A DNA stretch of 64,000 bases from Bugula neritina (Eukaryota > Animalia > Bryozoa), in contig OZ037767.1 in the NCBI GenBank assembly GCA_964035545.1, positions 197,680-261,679 of the forward strand, written 5' to 3'. Of this stretch, positions 1 through 12,600 are shown piece after piece. Position 1 is the stretch's first letter, and each line of letters opens with the position of its first letter. The translations under genes and the position numbers were made by a program. The notes beneath the pieces were generated by a model. It saw nothing but the letters and a program-made list of their open reading frames with translations, was not told the DNA's origin and made no database searches.

Positions 1-61
1 GAGATAGAGATAGAGAGAGATGAGAGAGAGAGAGAGAGGAAGAGAGGGAGGGAGGAAGAGA

Positions 62-153
<92 letters not shown>

Positions 154-169
154 AGAGAGAGAGGTAGAG

Positions 170-247
<78 letters not shown>

Positions 248-303
248 GAGAGGGAGGGAGGAAGAGAGAGGGATCGAGAGAGAGAGAGGAGGGAAGGAGA
301 GAG
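1..303. repeat. (GA)n microsatellite in an intron of channel A
   Basis: Directly visible. A second GA tract lies at ~1450-1527. Confidence 0.95.
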
Positions 304-324
304 CGCTAACTGGGGGACACATAC

Positions 325-1469
325 CAGGATCAAATATGCTGCGACAGCCACACTTGAAGTAGGAGTAGTTGGAGAGACACTCTCTCACACAGGCGTTGTA
401 AGAGTACTCTGGGTAGAAGCTGAGGGGGTTGGGTTTAGTCTCAGTATCAAAACAGTCAGCAGTGTTGTTGTCAGCAGGGGGTGGCTGCCTCTTTATCTGT
501 TAACAATAGGTTTATCGTAAAAGAGAGCTAACAAACAACCGGCCAATAAGTGATGAGCTAACGAACAACCGGCTAATAAGTGATGAGCTAACAAACAACT
601 GGCCAATGAGTGATGAGCTAACAAAAAATTGGCCAATAAGTGATGAGCTAACAGATGAAGTTACCTTGCTGTGGTCAACTGATATACTGTTGTATGTGCC
701 AGGTCGAACACCTGTGATACCATCATTGATCATGAAAGGAACTTCTCCGGGCTTGTAAATCCCGATCTGAATAAACCATAGAGTTCATACAGTACTATAT
801 AATATACAGTAATATACATGTTTAGTAATATACATGTCTAGTATACAGTACTATAGAGTGCTCTACAGTACTATAGAGTACTCTATAGTACTGTATAGTA
901 CTATAGAGTACTATACATTACTATAGAGTATTATAGAGTACTATACATTACTATGGAGTACTATAGAGTATACTCACAGTGAAGCCGCTAGCCACGGCTC
1001 CAGGACCGATATAGTAACTATAAACGGCTGCATCCAGATTCAACATCAGTCCACTGTACATCCCTGCAGCCTTAGCAACGTGCCTACCATCCGCATTGAA
1101 CACATAGCATATACCTAGCAACACCATTATCCTGTATATATCAGTAACCTAGCAACATCAGTATCCTGTGTGTATATCAGTTACCTAGCAACACCAGTAT
1201 ACTGTATATATCAGTTACCTAGCAACACCAGTAAACTATTTGTATATCAGTTACCTAGCAACACCAGTATCCTGTGTGTATATCAGTTACCTAGCAACAC
1301 TAGTATCCTGTATATAACAGTTACCTAGCAACACATTAACATTATGTTTTAGACTTAGTGAAGACTTTATACCATAGCAAATAACTTGTATTGACTCAAA
1401 GAGGTTATAAATTGGTAGTGTGTAGTACTACAAGCAGCAGTTGGGGATATAGAGAGAGGAAAGAGAGAC

Positions 1470-1528
<59 letters not shown>

Positions 1529-2839
1529 GTACCTATATCTGTCAAGACCATCTCCAGCTCTGTAGTTATATTCACCGGCTCCAGTTCATAAGAGGCGTAG
1601 AACACTGTGTGTTCAGCCTTAGGGGCCAAGTCCAGTATCAGCTGTTCCATTTCCTCACTGGAGAGGTTGTAGAGCGGCGCATACTGCGGCAGACTCCAGT
1701 CTCTAAGAAGAGACTGATGAATATATCATAACTTAGAAGTTTATGTGTAAATAGGGCGGTAGCTCAGAAAATTAACGAAAAATTTAGAGGAAAAACATAA
1801 AAAGATATTAGCATAGAAGTAGGTTCACACTAAGGCTCAGTTTTAAGCCCTGTTTCATTTGCTATCATCCTGACAGAAGAAATATGAGAGAAAGCCCGGT
1901 GGGCAATGCTGCTCAAAGATGACCCAGCTCTGTGCGGCAGCAACGCCAACACAATAGAGGAAAGACTAGAAATGCGGAGATTTCAAACTTAGTAGAAGAG
2001 ATGATTCTGAAGTTTATAAATTAGAGAAGATGAAGAGAGAAGATGGACGACTGATTCAAACAGCTTTCAATATTGAGTTGAGTTTAGGGAACCAAGTAGT
2101 AGGCGTGTGTGACAGGCATGTGACAGGCGTGTGATACATGTGACAGGTGTGTGACAGGTATGTGACAGGTATGTGACAGGTGTGTGACAGGTGTGTGATA
2201 CATGTGACAGGCGTGTGATACATGTGACAGGCATGTGACAGGCGTGTGACAGGCATGTGACAGGTGTATAATAAGTTTAAAATACCAACACAGAAGGAAG
2301 AGGTATCTGTCCGTAGTTAAAGAGATGCTTCAAAAGAAGGTCAAGACCAGTGAGATTTCTCTCCGTTATCGCAGCTTCTACCGACTCCTTTGTGAAGGAA
2401 TTGCGGTTACACACCAGCACCATGGGGAACTGAAACTCATCTACTCTCACATTCTTGAACCTGGTGGTAGTCTCTCTGCGAAGGTATGTATTGAAGAACC
2501 CGTGGGACGCTATTGCAGCATAACCTATCATGATTAGTATTACAACCAGCCACAGAGCTCTGTAAGACAATATTGTCAGTGCTGTATGATGATTACATGA
2601 TAACGAATCAGACTAACACCCACAATGCAACATACAAGCGAAATCTGATATAATACAACTAACTCTTACTTTGTGAATCGACTGACATTAGAAAGATGGA
2701 CGTATCTAATGCCGTGCATGGTAACTTCCTGAGTGAAGTTCGTCCATGTTTGGGGCTCCTCATCTCTCTCAGCTTTAGGGTCTTTTGACCTCTTTCTAAG
2801 ACAGCTCATTGAGCAGCACGTATCAGCTGAGGAATCCAT
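325..2839 (-). CDS. DEG/ENaC (ASIC-like) channel, paralog A; spliced, 3' part runs off the window start
   Basis: GT-AG exons at about 2670-2839, 2290-2559, 1533-1702, 978-1114, 665-766 and 325-496. They give the pre-TM1 HG motif ([12 protein letters not shown]), TM1, FPMVLVCNRN, TDIGICYVFN and the Cys-rich YSYNACVRECLSNYSYFKCGC. Confidence 0.9.
1113..1333. repeat. ~34-36 bp minisatellite containing copies of the acceptor gtgttgctag|gta
   Basis: Plus-strand unit ttacctagcaacaccagtatcctgtatatatcag. It abuts the exon start at 1114. Confidence 0.85.
1735..1990 (+). mobile_element. Degenerate non-LTR (RTE-like) reverse transcriptase fragment in an intron
   Basis: Translates IEVGSH*GSVLSPVSFAII..LTEEI*EKARWAMLLKDDPALC, resembling the LINE RT motifs VGLHQGSALSP and PWxMLFADD, with stops. 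Confidence 0.7.
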
Positions 2840-2842
2840 TGT

Positions 2843-3008
2843 ACGTCTGCAGAGTAGTGATACACAGACGTCTGCTGAGTAGCGATACACAGAGTAGTGA
2901 TACACAGAGTAGTGATACACAGACGTCTGCTGAGTAGTGATACACAGAGTAGTGATACACAGACGTCTGCAGAGTAGTGATACACAGACGTCTGCAGAGT
3001 AGTGATAC
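2843..3008. repeat. Minisatellite copying the acceptor just upstream of the channel A ATG
   Basis: Minus-strand unit tgtgtatcactactctgcag|acgt. The real junction is ...ctactctgcag|ACGTACAATG. Confidence 0.8.
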
Positions 3009-3606
3009 GGAGGTGTTAGGTAGGCCGAATGAGGCGTAAGGAAATATTTAACATGATTAAGCAAAATATTATCAGAGTTTATAACAAATCAATAGGTTTT
3101 TGAGATAAGCACTTCACTTAGCCCATTTAAATATTGATCAACAATGAATAATGTATGGAAATGTATTGGAATTTAAGTTGACTATAACAGAACAACTCTT
3201 TGGATTAATAAATAATTCAGAACAAAAAAATCCCTGAATGAATTATTAAACGTTAATTCAACAAATCAGAAAAAAAAGATAAATACAAACAGCTAAAAAT
3301 AATTCTTACTGTAAAATGAGTTGAGTAACAAGTATATCCAATGACATCAGATATTGCAGTTCGAACATAGACCTACAATATCTGTTGTTGTTGCTAAGAT
3401 ACGAATCTTGATGTCACATTTACTGCGAACCATGTTTTCAATGACAAAACAACTTCATTGTAAGAAAATAAGGCATATATTTGACTAAAGGATAGCTTAA
3501 ATACTGTCATTGTATCAGTCCTGATAATAGAGAGTGTACTTGAACTACCATCAGAGGTCAAGGTTACCATCAGAGGTGAAGGTTGTTATATGGCCAGAGA
3601 GATCTA

Positions 3607-6600
3607 TTAGCTACTTTCATCATCAGACTTGGGAATGACGCAATACTTCTGCAATATACTTACAGAGTGACACTAGGAAACATGTGACACTAGGAAACAT
3701 GTGGCACTAGGGAACATGTGACACTAGAGAGTATGTGACACTAGAGAACATGTGACACTAGGGGACATGTGACACTAGGGAACATGTGACACTAGAGAGT
3801 ATGTGACACTAGAGAACATGTGACACTAGAGAACATGTGACACTAGGGGACATGTGACACTAGGGAACATGTGACACTAGAGAGTATGTGACAATAGAGA
3901 ACATGTGACACTAGGGAACATGTGACACTAGGGGACATGTGACACTAGGGAACATGCGACACTCGAGAACATGTGACACTCGAGAACATGTGACACTAGA
4001 GAACATGTGACACTAGAGAACATGTGACATATTATATAGATACCTCAGGGTTACTGGCTGTTCGACAAGCTGAAGTATTTTTAGCAGAAATATTTTCTTT
4101 AAAGGAAGTAGTGGAAGTGTTATCTGCAGTTGGAAGACTTGAAATATCTTCTGCAGGTGAGTCATCAGTCAGTCTAGAAGATTCCCCGGAAGTGAGCTCA
4201 TCATACAGCAGTTTATCTTCCTCCTTCAGAGCACCTCTCAGCTCTGACAACAAGAGGAATCATCTAGAACCTTCAGCGAGTCCGTAGTGTACACACAGAC
4301 AGACAGACAGACCGACGGACAGACAGACAGACGGACTTACTGCTGAATATCACAGAAGAAGCCTCAGCTCCAACACATCGTATTGCTGTCACTAGACTAC
4401 GGACACCTCCTTTATTCTTGTAGGAGACAAGGGCTGATTTTACCACTTTGATCTCTGCAGGTTGCAGCTTTCTTTTGCACTAATAAAACATCAACAAGGG
4501 AATAGTCTCAGCGTACTAAACTGAGTTGTGAAGAGTGAAAGAGTGGCAGCGTGTTTAGTAACTCACATATGTGAACAGTGAAAGAGTGGCAGCGTATTTA
4601 GTTTGAGAGAATTCATTGGGCATCTCAGAACTGTCTCTGTCTTTTGAGGTTGATGAATTTAGGTTATCAGTCTTGAGCTTAGCCACTAATTCATCAAATT
4701 TGGCCAGTTGCTTGGAGTTTATAAGCTCCCTAAAACCTGCAATAAATGGTTAAAATATCAGGGAGAGAGTAGGTGATGATGTCATCAGAGTGAGAGAGAG
4801 AGAGTAGATGATGACATCATAACCCACATGATACGACATGGTGTGTGGCGTCTCTCTCCAGTAGAATATGAAGACACGCCTCCATGTCAGCCATCTCTCT
4901 ACTCCGGTGGTACCTCAGAACTGACTTCTTTACTGACAGCATTTCCTCCTTCGTCAGTAGCTGACGGCACTAAGTGTACACAACATTCTGTAGATATACA
5001 CTGAGATAGTATTTTGTAGATATACACTGTTATACTGTAGATATACACTGTTATACTGTAGATATACACTGTTATACTGTAGATATACACTGTTATACTG
5101 TAGATATACACTGTTATACTGTAGATATACACTGTTATACTGTAGATATACTCTGTTATACTGTAGATATACACTGTTATACTGTAGATATACTCTGTTA
5201 TACTGTAGATATACACTGTTATACTGTAGATATACACTGTTATACTGTAGATATACTCTGTTATACTGTAGATATACACTGTTATACTGTAGATATACAC
5301 TGTTATACTGTAGATATACACTATACTATATACTGTAGATATACACTGTTATACTGTAGATATACTCTGTTATACTGTAGATATACACTGTTATACTGTA
5401 GATATACTCTGTTATACTGTAGATATACTCTGTTATACTGTAGATATACACTGTTATACTGTAGATATACACTGTTATACTGTAGATATACTCTGTTATA
5501 CTGTAGATATACTCTGTTATACTGTAGATATACACTGTTATACTGTAGATATACACTGTTATACTGTAGATATACACTGTTATACTGTAGATATACTCTG
5601 TTATACTGTAGATATATTGCAGGAACCTTATGCAAAGCTTCCACTGCAGATTCTACTTTCTTATTTGGTTTAGAGTTGGAGGTTAGGGTGGCTGTTGAGG
5701 AGCTCATTGGTGTAGAGCTCAGTGGTGTAGATCTCAGTGGTGTAGAGCTCAATGGTGTAGAGCTCAGTGGTGTAGAGGTGAGTGGTGTAGAGGTGAGTGG
5801 TGACTCATCCAATTGCGTACAAACCTAATAACAGATCATATGTATCAGTATATTATATGTATCAGTATATCATATGTATCAGTATATGTGTCAGTATATG
5901 TATCAGTATACAGTATGTATCACTATATGTATCAGTATATCGTATGTATCAGTATATCGTATGTATCAGTATATCGTATGTATCAGTATATCGTATGTAT
6001 CAGTATATCGTATGTATCAGTATATCGTATGTATCAGTATACAGTATGTATCAGTATATCGTATGTATCAGTATATCGTATGTATCAGTATATGTATCAG
6101 TATATCATATGTATCAGTATATCGTATGTATCAGTATATCATATGTATCAGTATATCATATGTATCAGTATATCATATGTATCAGTATATCGTATGTATC
6201 AGTATATCGTATGTATCAGTATATCGTATGTATCAGTATATCGTATGTATCAGTATATTATATGTATCAGTATATCATATGTATCAGTATATGTGTCAGT
6301 ATATGTATCAGTATACAGTATGTATCACTATATGTATCAGTATATCGTATGTATCAGTATATCGTATGTATCAGTATATCGTATGTATCAGTATATCGTA
6401 TGTATCAGTATATCGTATGTATCAGTATATCGTATGTATCAGTATACAGTATGTATCAGTATATCGTATGTATCAGTATATCGTATGTATCAGTATATCG
6501 TATGTATCAGTATATGTATCAGTATATCATATGTATCAGTATATCGTATGTATCAGTATATCATATGTATCAGTATATCATATGTATCAGTATATCATAT

Positions 6601-9600
6601 GTATCAGTATATCGTATGTATCAGTATATCGTATGTATCAGTATATCGTATGTATCAGTATATCGTATGTATCAGTATATCGTATGCTAGATATGTCACC
6701 ATTTGCATCTTGATTTTCTTCTTCACCGGTTGTGACGTAACGTCTTGGCTGCTGCTGGAGCAGACGTCTTGGTTTAGCTCTGGTCTCACGCCATCACAGT
6801 ACACAGATCGGGCACTCAGCCCGCCACCCTCCTTCACACTGTCCGGGTACAAGGGCAGACGAGTCTCCTCAGATGGTAGAGTAGCAGAAGGAGGCTGGCT
6901 GTCGACTGCAAGCTCCGCCTTACGTCTGCACACGACCGTCTGCACAGTGGAGAAGAAGCTGTTGAGAGATCTGATGACACTGGAGAACTTCTCGTGAACC
7001 ACCAGCTGGGAGGAGACCCACCCGGGGAGCTCACCTCTGGCACTGGAACTGGCGAACCTAGACATATATAGTATAGACACATGTATATATTATATACATG
7101 TCTATATACTATATATATAATATATACAGCACCATAGACATAGACACTCACCTTGTATCCAATAGTAATATAGCGCCATAGTCAAATCGATGTCTAATGA
7201 CACGACCAATAGCCTGGTTGACGGCTCTAGAGGCCTGTTGGTTGTACCACTGGCTCCCGGTTAGGGACTGTAAAACAGTGAATACGTGTGTATCTTATAG
7301 TGTGTATCTTATAGTGTGTATCTTATAGTGTATATCTTATAGTGTGTATCTTATAGTGTGTATCTTATAGTGTATATCTTATAGTGTATATCTTATAGTG
7401 TGTATCTTATAGTGTATATCTTATAGTGTATATCTTATAGTGTGTATCTTATAGTGTGTATCTTATAGTGTATATCTTATAGTGTGTATCTTATAGTGTG
7501 TATCTTATAGTGTATATCTTATAGTGTGTATCTTATAGTGTATATCTTATAGTGTATATCTTATAGTGTGTATCTTATAGTGTGTATCTTATAGTGTGTA
7601 TCTTATAGTGTGTATCTTATAGTGTGTATCTTATAGTGTGTATCTTATAGTGTGTATCTTATAGTGTGTATCTTATAGTGTGTATCTTATAGTGTGTATC
7701 TTATAGTGTGTATCTTATAGTGTATATCTTATAGTGTGTATCTTATAGTGTGTATCTTATAGCATCGTATTCTGTGAGACAGACAGACATACTATAAAGA
7801 CAGACAGACATACTATAAAGACAGACAGACAGACGTACTAAAGACAGACAGACAGACGTACTATAAAGACAGACAGACAGATGTACTATAAAGACAGACA
7901 GACAGACGTACTATAGACAGACAGACATACAGACAGACATACAGACAGACAGACAGACATACTAAAGACAGACAGACAGACATACTAAAGACAGACAGAC
8001 AGACGTACTATAAAGACAGACAGACGTACTAAAGACAGACAGACGTACTTACACCCTTGCAGTTGCTGGCCCTAAGTTGCTGGTCTAAGAAGCCCTTCTT
8101 CATCACTATCTTAGCATCCTTGGCAGGGGCGTAGGGGATTCCAGTGATGACAACAGCTCTGCCGTTCTTATCAACAAAGTCCACCCCTTCACTCACCTAC
8201 CAACAGCTGTGTTCCATTATTCAGCCAATCACAGCTCTCTTTTGTTATGACTAACAACTCATGTCTAGTAGATTTACTCAAAGCAAACGGCATATAATTT
8301 ATAGATAGGTTTTAACACAAGTGTATGAAAAATTCAGCAGAAACTAGAACACCTTTGACTGACCTTGCCTCTGCAGACGCCACAGAATATGGCACCATTT
8401 GCAGTGTTGTCATTGATCATAGTATAGTACTGCTCCATAGCCTGGTGAAACTCCTCTTTGTTAGTAGGTTCAATAAATACAGACTTGTATCTTTCTATGC
8501 ACTGCATTATGTGACCACTCTGTAAGAATATCAGTCACTGTATAGTAACTTAGTCACTGTATAGTAACTCAGTCACTGTATAGTAACTCAGTCACTGTAT
8601 AGTAACTCAGTCACTGTATAGCAACTCAGTCAGTTTATAATAACTCAGTCACTGTATAGTAACTCAGTCACTGTATAGTAACTCAGTCACTGTATAGTAA
8701 CTCAGTCACTGTATAGTAACTCAGTCACTGTATAGTAACTCAGTCACTGTATAGTAACTGACTCAGAGTGATACTGACTCAGAGTGATAATGACTCAGAG
8801 TGATAATGACTCAGAGTGATACTGACTCAGAGTGATACTGACCCAGAGAGATGAAGACTAAAAACAGACAGACTCACGGACAGACACACAGACAGACTCA
8901 CAGACAGACTCACCCGCCAGCTCTCTATGATCATCTTCATGATGTAGTATGATGGGAAGAACACAAGCATGCCATTGGGTACTGCCTTTGCGATCTGCAT
9001 GACAGCATAGCCGAGGGAGGTGTGGTACTTCGGGTCACTTCGGTTCTGATAGTTGGAGTTGAGAGTCACGCTCTCGGGGCCTTGCTTCACAACCGACACG
9101 CATATCTGACTGGGAATTATCACATGGGGGTTCTCTATTCTCACAGGAAATGATCTGCAAATAGGTGAGTCTTGTGTTAGTATTATTCTGATAGTGGAGG
9201 AGTAACACGACAGCAGAACACCAAAGTGAAAGTTGACTCACATCCCCAGTTCTAAGCTGAAAGAGTCGAGGGGTTTGAGTGTGCCACTGGTGAGGAGGAC
9301 GCAGCGAACCCCCTGCTTCTGGAGGTCCATCATAGAGAAGGCGGGAGAAAAGCACCAGAAACACAGGACTCTCACTACAAAACAGTAGGGGTAGTAACTA
9401 TACTAGGTATAGGAGTAGTAACTATACTAGGTACAGGAGTAGTAACTATACCAGGTCTAGGAGTAGTAACTATACTAGGTATAGGACTAGCAACTATACC
9501 AGGTCTAGGAGTAGTAACTATACTAGGTATAGGAGTAGTAACTATACCAGGTATAGGGGTAGTAGCTATACCTGGTACAGGAGTAGTAACTATACCTGGT

Positions 9601-12600
9601 ATAGGGGTAGCAACTATACCAGGTCTAGGAGTAGTAACTATACTAGGTATATGGTAGTATTTATATAGAGTACAGGAGCAATATTCAAACTGTATGAATG
9701 ACGACTATTTTATGTATAAATTCAATTCTATAGATGCTACCCCTTGTATAATAATGGACAAACCTTTCTGATTGGTGGCATCTTTCGATTCCCAGAATGA
9801 CTTCTTGTGAGGTTTTGGGGGATCTTTGTCATAGACATATACCTACATAGACATATACCTACATAGACATATACCTACATAGACATATACCTACATAGAC
9901 ATATACCTACAGACATATACCTACATAGACATATACCTACAGACATATACCTACATAGACATATACCTACATAGACATAGACCTACAGACATATACCTAC
10001 ATAGACATATACCTACATAGACATATACCTACATAGACATATACCTACATAGACATATACCTACATAGACATATACTTACAGACGTATACCTACATAGTA
10101 TAATATATTACACCATGGTAGTACTCACTCTATAGAACTTAGACACGTGAGCCGCGCGATATTCTGGTGGTTTGTCCAGGTTGTATGAGTCACTATCAAA
10201 CACAACTTTTATAAACTGCAAGACTCGTCCCAACCCGTACGCTTTCTGATGTATGCCACTGTATCCTGGGTAATATTCAACACGTCAACATATTCAACAC
10301 GTCAGCATATTCAACACACCAACATATCAACACATAGTACATACATATATATAGATTTAGAGACACCCACCTCCACCTGTCAGGTAGCCGACACAGGCGT
10401 CTATGACATCATACATAGCCAGGTAAGTGTCAAACTTCAGCCGGGCTTTCTCCAGCAGAGTGTAGACGAACTGACCTTCCAACTTCCTCTCTCCCTCTTT
10501 ACCCAAGTCAATGTCCATCAACTCTTTCTCCACGTCCAGCAGAACACCTTATAACATCATATAACTTATACTCAGACTATCATATATCTTATACTCAGAC
10601 TATCATATAACTTATACTCAGACTATCATATAACTTATACTCAGACTATCATATATCATATATCTTATACTCAGACTATCATATAACTTATACTCAGACT
10701 ATCATATATCTTATACTCAGACTAACATATAACTTATACTCAGACTATCATATATTATATATCTTATACTCAGACTATCATATATCATATAACTTATACT
10801 CAGACTATCATATATCATATAACTTATACTCAGACCATTATATATCATATAACTTATACTCAGACTATTATATATCATATAACTTATACTCAGACTATCA
10901 TATAACTTATACTCAGACTAATATATATCATATAACTTATACTCAGACTATCATATAACTTATACTCAGACTATCATATAACTTATACTCAGACTATTAT
11001 ATATCATATAACTTATACTCAGACTATCATATAACTTATACTCAGACTATCATATATCATATAACTTATACTCAGACTATCATATAACTTATACTCAGAC
11101 TATCATATAACTTATACTCAGACTATTATATATCATATAACTTATACTCAGACTATTATATATCATATAACTTATACTCAGACTATTATATATCATATAA
11201 CTTATACTCAGACTAACAAGTTTGCACCTACTTTTCGCCCTCAGCACATTTTCAACTGTCAGCAACTCAAAGTTGACACCGTCCTCTCCCCCTGAAGATG
11301 AGAAGTTGTCCCCCTCCAACGCCTCCTTGCCGAACTCTTCCACAAACTGAACGACTACATCTACTTCCTGAAGAGCAGACGTTATCTCAGCAGCACTGAT
11401 CTCTACAGACGAAGATTCCTCGGCAACTTGATTCTGTGAACACAGCGCGATATGAGATGAGTATGATATGAGTGCGTTATGAGTATATGATATGTGAGAG
11501 TATGATATGTGAGAGTATGATATGATATATCGCTCACCAAGTTATGGGCCTCGTCAAATATCACTATGGATCCCGTCAGCTCAATGCCATGTCTCTTGCG
11601 TATCTGAAGATGTAATAACACAGCAGCTATACTGAACACTGCAGTAACATCTCTCTACACCAGACTGTCTCTACACTAGACTGTCTCTACACTAGACTGT
11701 CTCTACACTAGACTATCTCTACACTAGACTATCTCTACACCAGACTATCTCTACACTAGACTATCTCTACACCAGACTGTCTCTACACTAGACTGTCTCT
11801 ACACTAGACTATCTCTACACTAGACTATCTCTACACTAGACTATCTCTACACCAGACTATCTCTACACTAGACTATCTCTACACCAGACTGTCTCTACAC
11901 TAGACTATCTCTACACTAGACTATCTCTACACTAGACTATCTCTACACCAGACTGTCTCTACACTAGACTATCTCTACACTAGACTGTCTCTACACTAGA
12001 CTGTCTCTACACTAGACTGTCTCTACACCAGACTATCTCTACACCAGACTATCTTTACACTAGACTATCTCTACACCAGACTATCTCTACACCAGACTTT
12101 CTCTACACTAGAGTATTGATACATCTCACAGAGAGAGATAACTCCAAGAAACTCACTCTGGCATCAATCAGGTAGTTGTAGGGCATAAATATTATGTCAG
12201 CGTGATCTTTAGCTGCCGCTCTGGTCAAGAAATACGGGCAGCATCTGGTAATATACAAAATATATTCACTGTAGCGTATCTTACAACATACACAATATAC
12301 ACTGTAGTGTATTTTACAATATAGACTGTAGTATATATCTGATGATAGACATGTTGAGGTAGTATATATCTGATGATAGACATGTTGAGGTAGTATATAT
12401 CTGATGATAGACATGTTGAGGTAGTATATATCTGATGATAGACATGTTGAGGAAGTATATATTTGATGATAGACATGTTGAGGTAGTATATATCTGATGA
12501 TAGACATATTGAGGTAGTATATATCTGATGATAGACCTGTTGAGGTAGTATATATCTGATGATAGACATGTTAAGGTAGTATATATCTGATGATAGACCT

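Noticed and set aside
4988-5616. 21-bp array as an acceptor-anchored case (atctacag)
   Set aside because: Splicing at that AG gives an early stop. The frame-consistent acceptor is cacttag at ~4970, outside the unit.
5797-6997. Long Tyr/Ile/Cys/Val-rich ORFs (also 35004-36179, 36822-38347, 46505-47647, 54711-55618 and others)
   Set aside because: They are stop-free translations of minisatellites, often open in several frames, and they lie inside introns of recognisable genes.
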